Below, one piece after another: positions 1-7,922 of a DNA stretch of 64,000 nucleotides. The stretch lies in the NCBI GenBank assembly GCA_017478855.1, contig JAFVCX010000137.1, positions 16,162 through 80,161 on the forward strand. The letters are read 5' to 3'. The notes under the pieces were generated by a model. That model was not told where the DNA came from and ran no database searches. It saw only the letters and a program-made list of their open reading frames with translations. The position numbers and the translations under genes are program-made. This DNA comes from Muribaculaceae bacterium (GTDB lineage: Bacteria > Bacteroidota > Bacteroidia > Bacteroidales > Muribaculaceae). The stretch's first letter is position 1. Each line of letters opens with the position of its first letter.

Positions 1-1
1 C

Positions 2-613
2 GACCATTATCCCGTGAGGGGCATTGACGTGAGCAACCACAATGGTGAGGTGCAGTGGGACTTGGTGGCCGAACAGGGTTATCGGTTTGTATATTTGAAG
101 GCCTCTGAAGGAGCCACACACATCGATGCCCGATTCCGCCAAAATGCCCAAAAGGCTGCCGCTGCCGGGCTGAAGGTGGGAGCGTATCACTTTTTCAGAA
201 AAAACCGTGATGGCGAGGCGCAGGCCAGCAACATGCTGGCGGCCACTCACGGTGTGGCACTCGACTTGCCGCTCGTGGTGGATGTGGAAGACTGGGAAAA
301 CGACCACTGGCAAGATGAGGCCGAAGTGCGCGCACGCTTGCGCACGATGGTGAGCAACCTCATCAGGCAAGGCCGGCGAGTGATGATTTACACCAACGGC
401 GACGGCTACTCTAAGTTTTATCAACCCAATTTCCCGCAGTTGGACTTGTGGCTGTGCTCATTCAATAGCCCCGACAGCTTGCGCCTCACGCATGGACACA
501 CCTTGCAGCAATACAGCCATTGGGGCGAGGTGGAGGGAATAGAGGGTGATGTGGATCTCGACCTCTTTGTGGGAAGCGAGAAAGAATGGAAAAAATGGCT
601 CGACAAGCGTTGA
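2..613 (+). CDS. Glycoside hydrolase family 25 lysozyme/muramidase; 5' end probably lies outside the window
   Basis: The frame is open to the window edge (..DHYPVRGIDVS). GH25-like motifs are present: GIDVSNHNGEVQW, FVYLKASEG, GAYHFF, LPLVVDVED. Confidence 0.8.
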   Translation, partial: DHYPVRGIDVSNHNGEVQWDLVAEQGYRFVYLKASEGATHIDARFRQNAQKAAAAGLKVGAYHFFRKNRDGEAQASNMLAATHGVALDLPLVVDVEDWENDHWQDEAEVRARLRTMVSNLIRQGRRVMIYTNGDGYSKFYQPNFPQLDLWLCSFNSPDSLRLTHGHTLQQYSHWGEVEGIEGDVDLDLFVGSEKEWKKWLDKR

Positions 614-620
614 TACACTT

Positions 621-1232
621 ATGAGAACACGATTATTCCTTGCCCTGTGTTGTGTGATGTGCGCAGTCACGTCGGTTCGCGCGGCAGTCGTCACGTGGAG
701 CCGCTATAACTTGTCGTTTGAAGTGCCCGATGGCGGCGTGGTGACCTATAACAGCAACACGCGGTTTGAAGTGCAGTGGGATGAAATGGTCATGACCGTG
801 CAACTCTATGCAAAAGATAAGACCACTGAAAAGGAAATCACCACTAATCTCGACCGCAAGGCACTGGGCTTCAATATGTATGACACCAAACACGGCAAAA
901 TCAAGGTCAAAGGTTTCAAAGGGCTTATCATTGACGGCACGATGCCCGACGGCACGCGAGCCATCATTGCCGACCTCATCAGCAAGAAGCAAAACCTCAT
1001 TGTGGAGGTGACGATTAATTACCTGTTGGGCAACCGCGAAATGGTGGACGACATGATTAAGTCTTTTGCCGAAAACAACAATCAGCAGCCCAACCGCGAA
1101 AAACACAAACAAAAAGTGCAGACACCTGAAGCCGCACGACAGCAAGAGCTGCAGCGCAAGCAACAGGAACAACAAAAGCAACAAGAAGAACAGCGGCGTC
1201 GCGCTCACTCGGGTCGCCTTTATGATGCCTGA
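621..1232 (+). CDS. Hypothetical exported protein with a Q/E/R-rich C-terminal tail
   Basis: An internal ATG at 621 gives the signal-like N-terminus MRTRLFLALCCVMCAVTSVRA. The C-terminus QQELQRKQQEQQKQQEEQRRR looks like a low-complexity coiled coil. No family was recognised. Confidence 0.5.
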   Translation: MRTRLFLALCCVMCAVTSVRAAVVTWSRYNLSFEVPDGGVVTYNSNTRFEVQWDEMVMTVQLYAKDKTTEKEITTNLDRKALGFNMYDTKHGKIKVKGFKGLIIDGTMPDGTRAIIADLISKKQNLIVEVTINYLLGNREMVDDMIKSFAENNNQQPNREKHKQKVQTPEAARQQELQRKQQEQQKQQEEQRRRAHSGRLYDA

Positions 1233-1251
1233 CGCCTCATCCATATAAGCT

Positions 1252-2484
1252 ATGAAGAAAGTCAAGTTATTACCACTCCTTTTTGCGTGCGCCATGACGG
1301 CCACCCTTGCCATAGCGCAAAACCAGCAGCCTCACATGCTGACGATGCCCCTCATCTTTGAGCATCAGCAAGTGATGGAGGATTCTGCGTTCACGGCTCC
1401 ATTGCCCTCGGCATCATCACCTTATTTCCTTGATGCCGGCGACGCATGGTTGCAAAAAGCTCAGGAAGAAAGCCGCCGCCACCAGATGCTGCGCTATCGC
1501 ACAATGATCAGTCACCCCGAAGTGGTGGCTTTCAATAGCCGCACCCTGCCCGAGCCGCCAGCCGAATATGCACTTGCCGCCGACCCCAAGCAAGGCATGC
1601 TCACCATCGCCGCCCCCCAAGTGGTTGAGCCGGCTGAGGCTCCCATCGAAACACCGCCGGTGAAGATACACGACTGGCTGCATCTCTTCAACGGTTCCAT
1701 TCATTTCACGCAGGCTTATATCAGCGACAACTGGTATCAGGGCGGTGAAAATAACCTGAACATCTTGGGTGACATCAAGTGGGAGTTTAACCTGAACCAG
1801 ACCAAACATCCTAATTGGTTGTTCAACAACATGATGCAATATAAATTGGGCATCACGACGGCTCATGCCGACACCTTGCGCAACTATAACATCAACGAAG
1901 ACAACTTCTTGTTTACCTCGCAACTGGGCTACAAGGCCATTAAAAACTGGTATTATAGTGCCATGCTGCAATTCAAAACGCAGTTTTTCAATAACTACAA
2001 GAGCAACAGCCGCGACATGACGGCCGCCTTTCTGTCGCCCGGTGAATTGAACTTGGGTCTTGGTATGACTTATAATTATAAGAATGCCGACCAGAGCCGC
2101 ACACTCACGGTGGCCATTGCGCCGCTGTCCTATAATATGAAGATGTGTCGCGACACGCACCATCTTAATCCTGTGAACTTTGGTATTGACGCCGGCCACC
2201 ACACCAAGCACACCTTTGGTAGCAATGTGGAGGTGAAATGGAACTGGAAAATCACTCCCAGCATCTTCTGGTCGTCGCGATTCTACACGTTCACCAACTA
2301 TCAGTATGTGCAAGGCGATTGGGAAAACACATTCGATTTCGCTATCTCGCGGCACCTGAACACTAAAATCTTTACCCACTTGCGCTACGACAAGTCACAT
2401 CCGCGCGATGTTGATTGGAAATATTGGCAATTCAAAGAGATTTTGAGTTTCGGTATTGTGTACCGCTTTGCCACCAGCGAATAA
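1252..2484 (+). CDS. DUF3078-like outer-membrane beta-barrel protein
   Basis: Has a signal peptide (MKKVKLLPLLFACAMTATLAIAQ). The DNWYQGGENNLNILGDIKWEFN block and alternating aromatic beta-strand pattern match my recollection of DUF3078. Ends in an aromatic-rich strand (FGIVYRF). Confidence 0.6.
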   Translation: MKKVKLLPLLFACAMTATLAIAQNQQPHMLTMPLIFEHQQVMEDSAFTAPLPSASSPYFLDAGDAWLQKAQEESRRHQMLRYRTMISHPEVVAFNSRTLPEPPAEYALAADPKQGMLTIAAPQVVEPAEAPIETPPVKIHDWLHLFNGSIHFTQAYISDNWYQGGENNLNILGDIKWEFNLNQTKHPNWLFNNMMQYKLGITTAHADTLRNYNINEDNFLFTSQLGYKAIKNWYYSAMLQFKTQFFNNYKSNSRDMTAAFLSPGELNLGLGMTYNYKNADQSRTLTVAIAPLSYNMKMCRDTHHLNPVNFGIDAGHHTKHTFGSNVEVKWNWKITPSIFWSSRFYTFTNYQYVQGDWENTFDFAISRHLNTKIFTHLRYDKSHPRDVDWKYWQFKEILSFGIVYRFATSE

Positions 2485-3087
2485 ATGACGTGTAACAAGA
2501 CTCTCCGAGTGCCCACGCTTTGTGTGCTTGCCCTCATGACCACCATGATGGCATGGGCCGGCGTGCCGCAGCAATCACGCTTGTTGCCCGGACTTGACGA
2601 GGACTCGATGCGCGTGCGATTGAGCCAGCTCGACTTGCAGCCCATTGAGGGGATTTGGTATTACCAAAAAGAAAAAATGACACTGGGCATCGAGCGCAAT
2701 CCCACCGGTGATGAGGGTGACTACCGCATCGTGCTGCTTGATAGCGAAGACCTTGACCTCATGCCGGGCATGGTGGTGGGCTATCTGAACCGCAGTGTGA
2801 CTGCCACCAAATGGCAACTGACGCTTTATAGCGAGCGCGACCGACTGACGCTTTCGCACCCCATGGAGTGTGTGGCCACCTATCATTCGGGTGAGGGTAC
2901 CCTCACCTTCAGGCCTCCGCATTGGAAAGTGCGTGTGCGCATGAACCTCACGCGGTTTTTGCCCACGATATTTCATGCCGTGAGTGTGATGCCCGAAAAA
3001 CAGGAGGAGTCTTTGCCCATAGGCTTCAAAAAGATATATCCGGCTGAGGGCGACTCAGGAATGTTTAACGAAATACGCTACCTGTGA
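2485..3087 (+). CDS. Hypothetical exported protein
   Basis: The ATG directly abuts the preceding stop codon. The N-terminus is hydrophobic (TLCVLALMTTMMAWA). No recognisable motifs. Confidence 0.45.
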   Translation: MTCNKTLRVPTLCVLALMTTMMAWAGVPQQSRLLPGLDEDSMRVRLSQLDLQPIEGIWYYQKEKMTLGIERNPTGDEGDYRIVLLDSEDLDLMPGMVVGYLNRSVTATKWQLTLYSERDRLTLSHPMECVATYHSGEGTLTFRPPHWKVRVRMNLTRFLPTIFHAVSVMPEKQEESLPIGFKKIYPAEGDSGMFNEIRYL

Positions 3088-3584
3088 TGAGGAAACGCCG
3101 ACTGACATTGCTGCTGATAGCAACGACACTTGTGACGCTCATGCTCACAGCTCGCACACGCACCACCCAGCGCAGCTTGCAGGCTTCGCAAATGCAAATG
3201 GAACGCATCGTTACACAAGCCGGCGACACGACCTCGATGGCCGACGCGCTCACCGTGAACCCCGATGGAGTGGAGCTGCGCGGCTTTATGAAACGCGCCA
3301 GCGACCTGCGCGAGTCGTTTCTCATCACCAGCCGGCTGCCTCACCGTGTGAGTGCCGTGCGCCTGCTGCTGCGCTACACCACGCTCAATCAGGAGCTGAT
3401 AACCGAGCGCAAAGTCACAGTGCCGGTGACGCTCAATCCGGGCGAAACGCGTCGCGTGTGGATTTCCTCGTTCGACCGAGCGCGTGCCTACTACTTCTAT
3501 GCCGGCAGCAAGCCGCGCAAGGTGGCCTCTCCGTTCAAGGTGGCGTTCTTGCTTGTGGGCTATGATGTGCCGGTGGGCTATTAA
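3087..3584 (+). CDS. Hypothetical exported protein
   Basis: The ATG overlaps the upstream stop (TGATG). The N-terminus is hydrophobic (RLTLLLIATTLVTLMLTA). No recognisable motifs. Confidence 0.45.
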   Translation: MRKRRLTLLLIATTLVTLMLTARTRTTQRSLQASQMQMERIVTQAGDTTSMADALTVNPDGVELRGFMKRASDLRESFLITSRLPHRVSAVRLLLRYTTLNQELITERKVTVPVTLNPGETRRVWISSFDRARAYYFYAGSKPRKVASPFKVAFLLVGYDVPVGY

Positions 3585-3635
3585 ACTTTTAAGGACGGCA
3601 AATGTCTAAAAACACAACTAAAAGCGAGCTAAAAA

Positions 3636-4391
3636 ATGAAGACAATTACCAAACATTGCGCCATTGCGGTGTCATTGCTCTTGACCTTTGCCTTGCAGGC
3701 TCGAGCTGTGAACTTCAGCAATGAGCGGCTGAACTATGAAATCGTGTATCACTGGGGCATGATTTGGAAGCATGCCGGCGACGCGTCGCTCTCAATCAAA
3801 AAGACGGGCACGGGCTATCAAGCCCGCCTCACGGGCAGCACGCGCTCTTGGGCCGACAAAGTGTTTCCCGTGCGCGACACGCTCAAATGCTCCATGAACG
3901 CGCGCTTGCAGCCGCTGCGCTATGAAAAGCTCACGCATGAGAAAAATTATTACGCCCGCGACCTCGTGGAGTTTTCCCATAACTACTCACACACCTCGGC
4001 CACGTGCACACGCTACCGCACCGATAAGCCCACCCAAGTGGTCAATCTTTCGGCAAAATGCCAAGCCTACGACATGGTGAGCGTGTTCTACATGCTGCGC
4101 AACCTCGATTATGACGAATTGAGCCGCAATAAGCGAGTGACCACCGTCATCTTTTCCGGGAAACAAAAGGAGTATCTCACCATTACTTACAAAGGGCGTG
4201 AGAACATCAAGATGCGCAACGGCACCCAGCGCGAGGCCTATCACATCACGTTCAAGTTCACGCAGGAGGCGGGCAAGAAATCGAGCGACGACATCAACAC
4301 ATGGATGTCGACCGACGCGGCACGCATTCCGCTGCTGCTGGTGGGAAATCTACCCGTGGGGCAAGTGAAGTGCTATTATAAGGAAAGTTAA
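3636..4391 (+). CDS. DUF3108-like exported protein
   Basis: Has a signal peptide (AIAVSLLLTFALQARA). The block ERLNYEIVYHWGMIWKHAGDASL resembles the DUF3108 family. Confidence 0.55.
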   Translation: MKTITKHCAIAVSLLLTFALQARAVNFSNERLNYEIVYHWGMIWKHAGDASLSIKKTGTGYQARLTGSTRSWADKVFPVRDTLKCSMNARLQPLRYEKLTHEKNYYARDLVEFSHNYSHTSATCTRYRTDKPTQVVNLSAKCQAYDMVSVFYMLRNLDYDELSRNKRVTTVIFSGKQKEYLTITYKGRENIKMRNGTQREAYHITFKFTQEAGKKSSDDINTWMSTDAARIPLLLVGNLPVGQVKCYYKES

Positions 4392-4429
4392 ATATTGGCG
4401 CGAATAAAGAAAGGCACACCAAAAAACAC

Positions 4430-4437
4430 TATTTTTG
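4430..4437 (+). promoter_or_regulatory. Candidate Bacteroidetes -7 promoter box (TATTTTTG)
   Basis: Matches the TAnnTTTG consensus, 25 nt upstream of the ATG at 4463. Confidence 0.45.
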
Positions 4438-4462
4438 CAGGAGAATTATTAGTGTGACCAAA

Positions 4463-4948
4463 ATGAAAAAGATATTAGTGTGGGCAGTGATGCTCATGGC
4501 CTGTGTGAATGTGGCCATGGCCGAGAAAACTACGGTTTTCCATGCCGAAATGTCGTGTGGAAGTTGTGTGAATAAAATCATGAGTAATGTGCCGTCGCTG
4601 GGCAAGGGCATCAAGGATGTGAAAGCCGACTTGGCTTCGCAAACGGTGACCGTAACCTATGATGAGCGCAAGAATAATGACGCCAATATTTTGAAGGGAC
4701 TCAACTCGCTGAAGGTGAATGCCAAGCTCGTAGACAATACGCCGCATTGCGTAATGCCCGCTGTGACCCCTGATGCGCAAGCGTGCGCCGCAGCCGGTAG
4801 TGAGTCGGCTCCCAAACACGATTGCTGCTCGGCCACAAAAGACGAGGCCAAGAAGAATTGCGCCCCCGCTGGCGAGCGACCGCAAGGCTGCTGTCAGGTC
4901 GCCAAGCCTGCCGACGTTTCACAATGCAATAGCTGTAAAGAAAAATGA
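4463..4948 (+). CDS. Secreted heavy-metal-associated (HMA) domain protein with a Cys-rich C-terminal tail
   Basis: Has a signal peptide (MKKILVWAVMLMACVNVAMA) and the HMA metal-binding motif EMSCGSCVNKI. The tail contains HDCCS, NCAP, GCCQ and QCNSC. Confidence 0.75.
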   Translation: MKKILVWAVMLMACVNVAMAEKTTVFHAEMSCGSCVNKIMSNVPSLGKGIKDVKADLASQTVTVTYDERKNNDANILKGLNSLKVNAKLVDNTPHCVMPAVTPDAQACAAAGSESAPKHDCCSATKDEAKKNCAPAGERPQGCCQVAKPADVSQCNSCKEK

Positions 4949-7020
4949 GGTCACTCTTAGGAGTAGCCTTATGGCTGTGTGCCGCCGCTTTTGTGTCGGC
5001 CCAATCGGCGTTGCCCGACACCTCAGCCCTCACTCGCGATCTCGAAGAGGTGGTGATAGAAACCCATGTGCGTGGCAATTATTTGAGTGCCACAGGACTG
5101 GGAAAGCGTGAGGTGATTTCGATGGCCGGCCTTAAAAAGATGGCCTGCTGCACACTGGCCGAATCGTTTGAGAACTCGGCCAGCGTCACGGTGGGCTATA
5201 ACGATGCCGTGAGCGGCACAAGGCAAATTAAAATGCTGGGTTTGGCCGGCATCTACACGCAGTTCCTTGACGAGAGCCGCCCCATCATGCGCGGCTTCAG
5301 TGCGCCTTATGCCTTGAACTACACCCCCGGCGACTGGTTGCAGAGCATACAAGTGTCGAAAGGAGTGGCCAGCGTCACGGCCGGCCACGAGGCTATCACG
5401 GGTCAAATCAATCTGGAATACCGCAAGCCCACCGCCGAGGAACGGCTGCACTTGAACCTATATGTGGACGACATGTTGCATCCTGAGGTGAACCTTGCGG
5501 CGGCCCTGCCACTCACTGCCGACAAAAGCTTGAGCACCATCATCATGGCGCATGGAGCGCTCGACACCGACTGGCGCGAAATGCGTGCGATGGACGTGAA
5601 TCGCGACGGATTTCGCGACGCTCCGAGGCAACGGCAAGTGGATGTGGCTAACCGATGGTTTTGGCTGGCTCCGAGTGGGGCGCAGCTGCGATGGGGTGGC
5701 CGATGGACCCAAGAAGACCGTTTGGGCGGGCAGCTCATGGCGCACGACTATGGCCAATATAAGTCGCACATCAAGAACCATCAGGGCAACTTCTATGTGA
5801 AAGCCGCACTGCCTATGCCCCATGCTGTGCTCGATACCGTCACGGGAGAGGAAAAGCAGAGCAACTTGGCGGCTATCATCGATTTTGATACCTTTGACAC
5901 CGACAGTTACTTTGGGCTGCGCAGCTATGTGGCTCGCGACAACACGGCCACGGCCACCATTCGCTATGACCACTATGTGAGCATGGCATCGACCCTGACG
6001 GCCGGTGTGCAAGGACGAACGTCGCGCATCAAAGAACGCGCCGTGGTGGAACAAAGCGACCTGCTGCTCGACCGCGATGAGCGTGAAGGCGGGCTTTTTG
6101 TGGAGCACACATGGATGCCCACACCGAAGTTCACGCTTGTGACAGGCGTGCGTGCCGATTATAATAACCTGCATCATCACTGGGTGGTCACTCCACGCCT
6201 GCATGTGAAATGCGACGTAACCCCCACCACCATTTTGCGAGCATCGGTGGGCACCGGCCACCGCTCGGCCTCGCCGCTCACCGACAATCTGGGCCTTTTC
6301 GCCACCGGTTATGCCCTCGACTGGCAAAACTTGCCAAAAAATGGCAAAATCCCCTTTGAGAAAGCACTCACAGCGGGTGGCAGCGTGGTGCAGACGTTCA
6401 CTTTGGGCCGTGACCATAACGCCTCGGTGAGTGTGGACTACTTTCACACGCAATTCTCCCAAGCAATGGTGGCCAATCAAGAGATGCTGCCAAGCACCAT
6501 CGTCATCTATGCCACACATCATACCAACCGTGCCGACACTTGGCAGCTCGATTTAAACTGGGAACCTGTGGAAAGGCTCGATGTGTTGGCCACCATGCGC
6601 TACACGCACAGCCGCCTTGCTCTGCCCGTGGCCACAACGGCAGGATGGGACTGGATAAAAACCGAGCGGCCACTCACCAGCCGCATGAAAGCCTTGCTCA
6701 ATGTGAGCTATGCCACGCGGTTCAGGGTGTGGGCCTTTGATGCCACCGTACAACTCAACGGCCCCATGCGCGTGCCGGCAGGTGGCCGTGTGGCCGATGC
6801 CTACCATTCGCCCACGTTTGCTACCCTGTTTGCCCAAGTGACCCACAAGATAGGCAAGTCGGAGGTGTATGTGGGATGTGAAAACTTGGCCGGCTATCGC
6901 CAGCACGACCCCATCGTGGCCGCCGACGCGCCTTTCGGTTCCCAATTCAATGCCATGAATGTGTGGGGTCCCATCATGGGGCGAAAATTCTATGCCGGCT
7001 TGCGCTGGAATTTGTATTGA
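4945..7020 (+). CDS. TonB-dependent receptor
   Basis: Has a signal peptide and a plug-domain block (LKKMACCTLAESFENSASVTVGYNDAVSGTRQIKMLGLAGIYTQ). It is a long beta-barrel with a terminal aromatic residue (RWNLY). Its ATG overlaps the upstream stop (ATGA). Confidence 0.85.
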   Translation: MRSLLGVALWLCAAAFVSAQSALPDTSALTRDLEEVVIETHVRGNYLSATGLGKREVISMAGLKKMACCTLAESFENSASVTVGYNDAVSGTRQIKMLGLAGIYTQFLDESRPIMRGFSAPYALNYTPGDWLQSIQVSKGVASVTAGHEAITGQINLEYRKPTAEERLHLNLYVDDMLHPEVNLAAALPLTADKSLSTIIMAHGALDTDWREMRAMDVNRDGFRDAPRQRQVDVANRWFWLAPSGAQLRWGGRWTQEDRLGGQLMAHDYGQYKSHIKNHQGNFYVKAALPMPHAVLDTVTGEEKQSNLAAIIDFDTFDTDSYFGLRSYVARDNTATATIRYDHYVSMASTLTAGVQGRTSRIKERAVVEQSDLLLDRDEREGGLFVEHTWMPTPKFTLVTGVRADYNNLHHHWVVTPRLHVKCDVTPTTILRASVGTGHRSASPLTDNLGLFATGYALDWQNLPKNGKIPFEKALTAGGSVVQTFTLGRDHNASVSVDYFHTQFSQAMVANQEMLPSTIVIYATHHTNRADTWQLDLNWEPVERLDVLATMRYTHSRLALPVATTAGWDWIKTERPLTSRMKALLNVSYATRFRVWAFDATVQLNGPMRVPAGGRVADAYHSPTFATLFAQVTHKIGKSEVYVGCENLAGYRQHDPIVAADAPFGSQFNAMNVWGPIMGRKFYAGLRWNLY

Positions 7021-7032
7021 TTGCGTGAATGC

Positions 7033-7800
7033 TCAAAAGATGGTGTAGGGATAGGCAATGTCCCATAACCACAAGGCATGACCGGGCATTGATGTGCCGG
7101 CGTTGCAGCGGTTGCGGCTCTCCACAATGCGACAGAAGTCGCTCACAGTGATTTTGTGCCTACCCACTTCCACGAGTGTGCCCACCACCGCCCGCACCAT
7201 ATTGCGCAAAAAGCGGTTGGCCGTGATGGTAAATACCCATTGCTCGCCCTCGCGCTGCCATGCCGCATGGGTCACAAGGCAGTTGTTGTGTTTCACATCG
7301 GTGTGCAGCTTGCTGAAGGAGGTGAAGTCGTGAAAACCCATCAGATGGGTTGCGGCCTCGTTCATTAGGCTGAAGTCAAGGTCGGGGTGGCACTGCCAGC
7401 TCAACGGATAGAGGAAAGGTGACTTTTCGCTGTGTGCAAAATACTTATAGGTGCGGCTGCAAGCGTCAAAGCGCGCATGGGCGTGAGCCGCCACGGGAAA
7501 GATGCTGTGAATGGCTATGTCGCGCCCCACGAGGCCGTTGAGTTTGTGCCGCAACAAATCGGGCTGGGGCAGGGGCGAGGCCACGTCGAAGTGCGCCAGC
7601 ATGGTGCGGGCGTTCACGCCGGTGTCGGTGCGTCCGGCTCCTGTGAGAGCGGTGGGCGAGCGCAGCACAATGCCCAAAGCCTGCTCAAGGGTTTCTTGCA
7701 CGCTGTTGTCGTGCGGCTGAATTTGCCAGCCGTGGAAAGGCAGCCCCCGATAGCTCAGGCGCATGAAATAGCGATATTTCGTTCCAGCGTCAATCATCAT
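7033..7800 (-). CDS. truA: tRNA pseudouridine(38-40) synthase TruA
   Basis: Contains YRYFMRLSYRGLPFHGWQIQ, GAGRTDTGVNA (catalytic Asp motif) and FLRNMVRAVVGTL. Start chosen at MMIDAG. Confidence 0.85.
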   Translation of the reverse strand: MMIDAGTKYRYFMRLSYRGLPFHGWQIQPHDNSVQETLEQALGIVLRSPTALTGAGRTDTGVNARTMLAHFDVASPLPQPDLLRHKLNGLVGRDIAIHSIFPVAAHAHARFDACSRTYKYFAHSEKSPFLYPLSWQCHPDLDFSLMNEAATHLMGFHDFTSFSKLHTDVKHNNCLVTHAAWQREGEQWVFTITANRFLRNMVRAVVGTLVEVGRHKITVSDFCRIVESRNRCNAGTSMPGHALWLWDIAYPYTIF

Positions 7801-7851
7801 GCAAAAGTACAAAAAAAACACCATTTCGCTTGAAAAGTGCCCGAAAAAGCG

Positions 7852-7859
7852 TATCTTTG
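7852..7859 (+). promoter_or_regulatory. Candidate -7 promoter box (TATCTTTG)
   Basis: Matches TAnnTTTG, 63 nt upstream of the ATG at 7923. Confidence 0.4.
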
Positions 7860-7922
7860 CAAAATCTAAGATTTTCCTTTCAGAAAATAATTATATTACT
7901 TAAAAACTTTTTTACATAAACA

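Noticed and set aside
2-613. The GH25 lysozyme as a marker of a prophage or mobile element at the left edge.
   Set aside because: No integrase, holin, capsid, tail or att-like repeats are visible in the window. GH25 enzymes are also common chromosomal autolysins. This cannot be judged without upstream sequence.
7033-7800. The TruA catalytic motif reads RTDTGVNA rather than the usual RTDxGVHA.
   Set aside because: The catalytic Asp is intact and the rest of the protein is canonical. A single His-to-Asn difference is not enough to propose altered function without an alignment.
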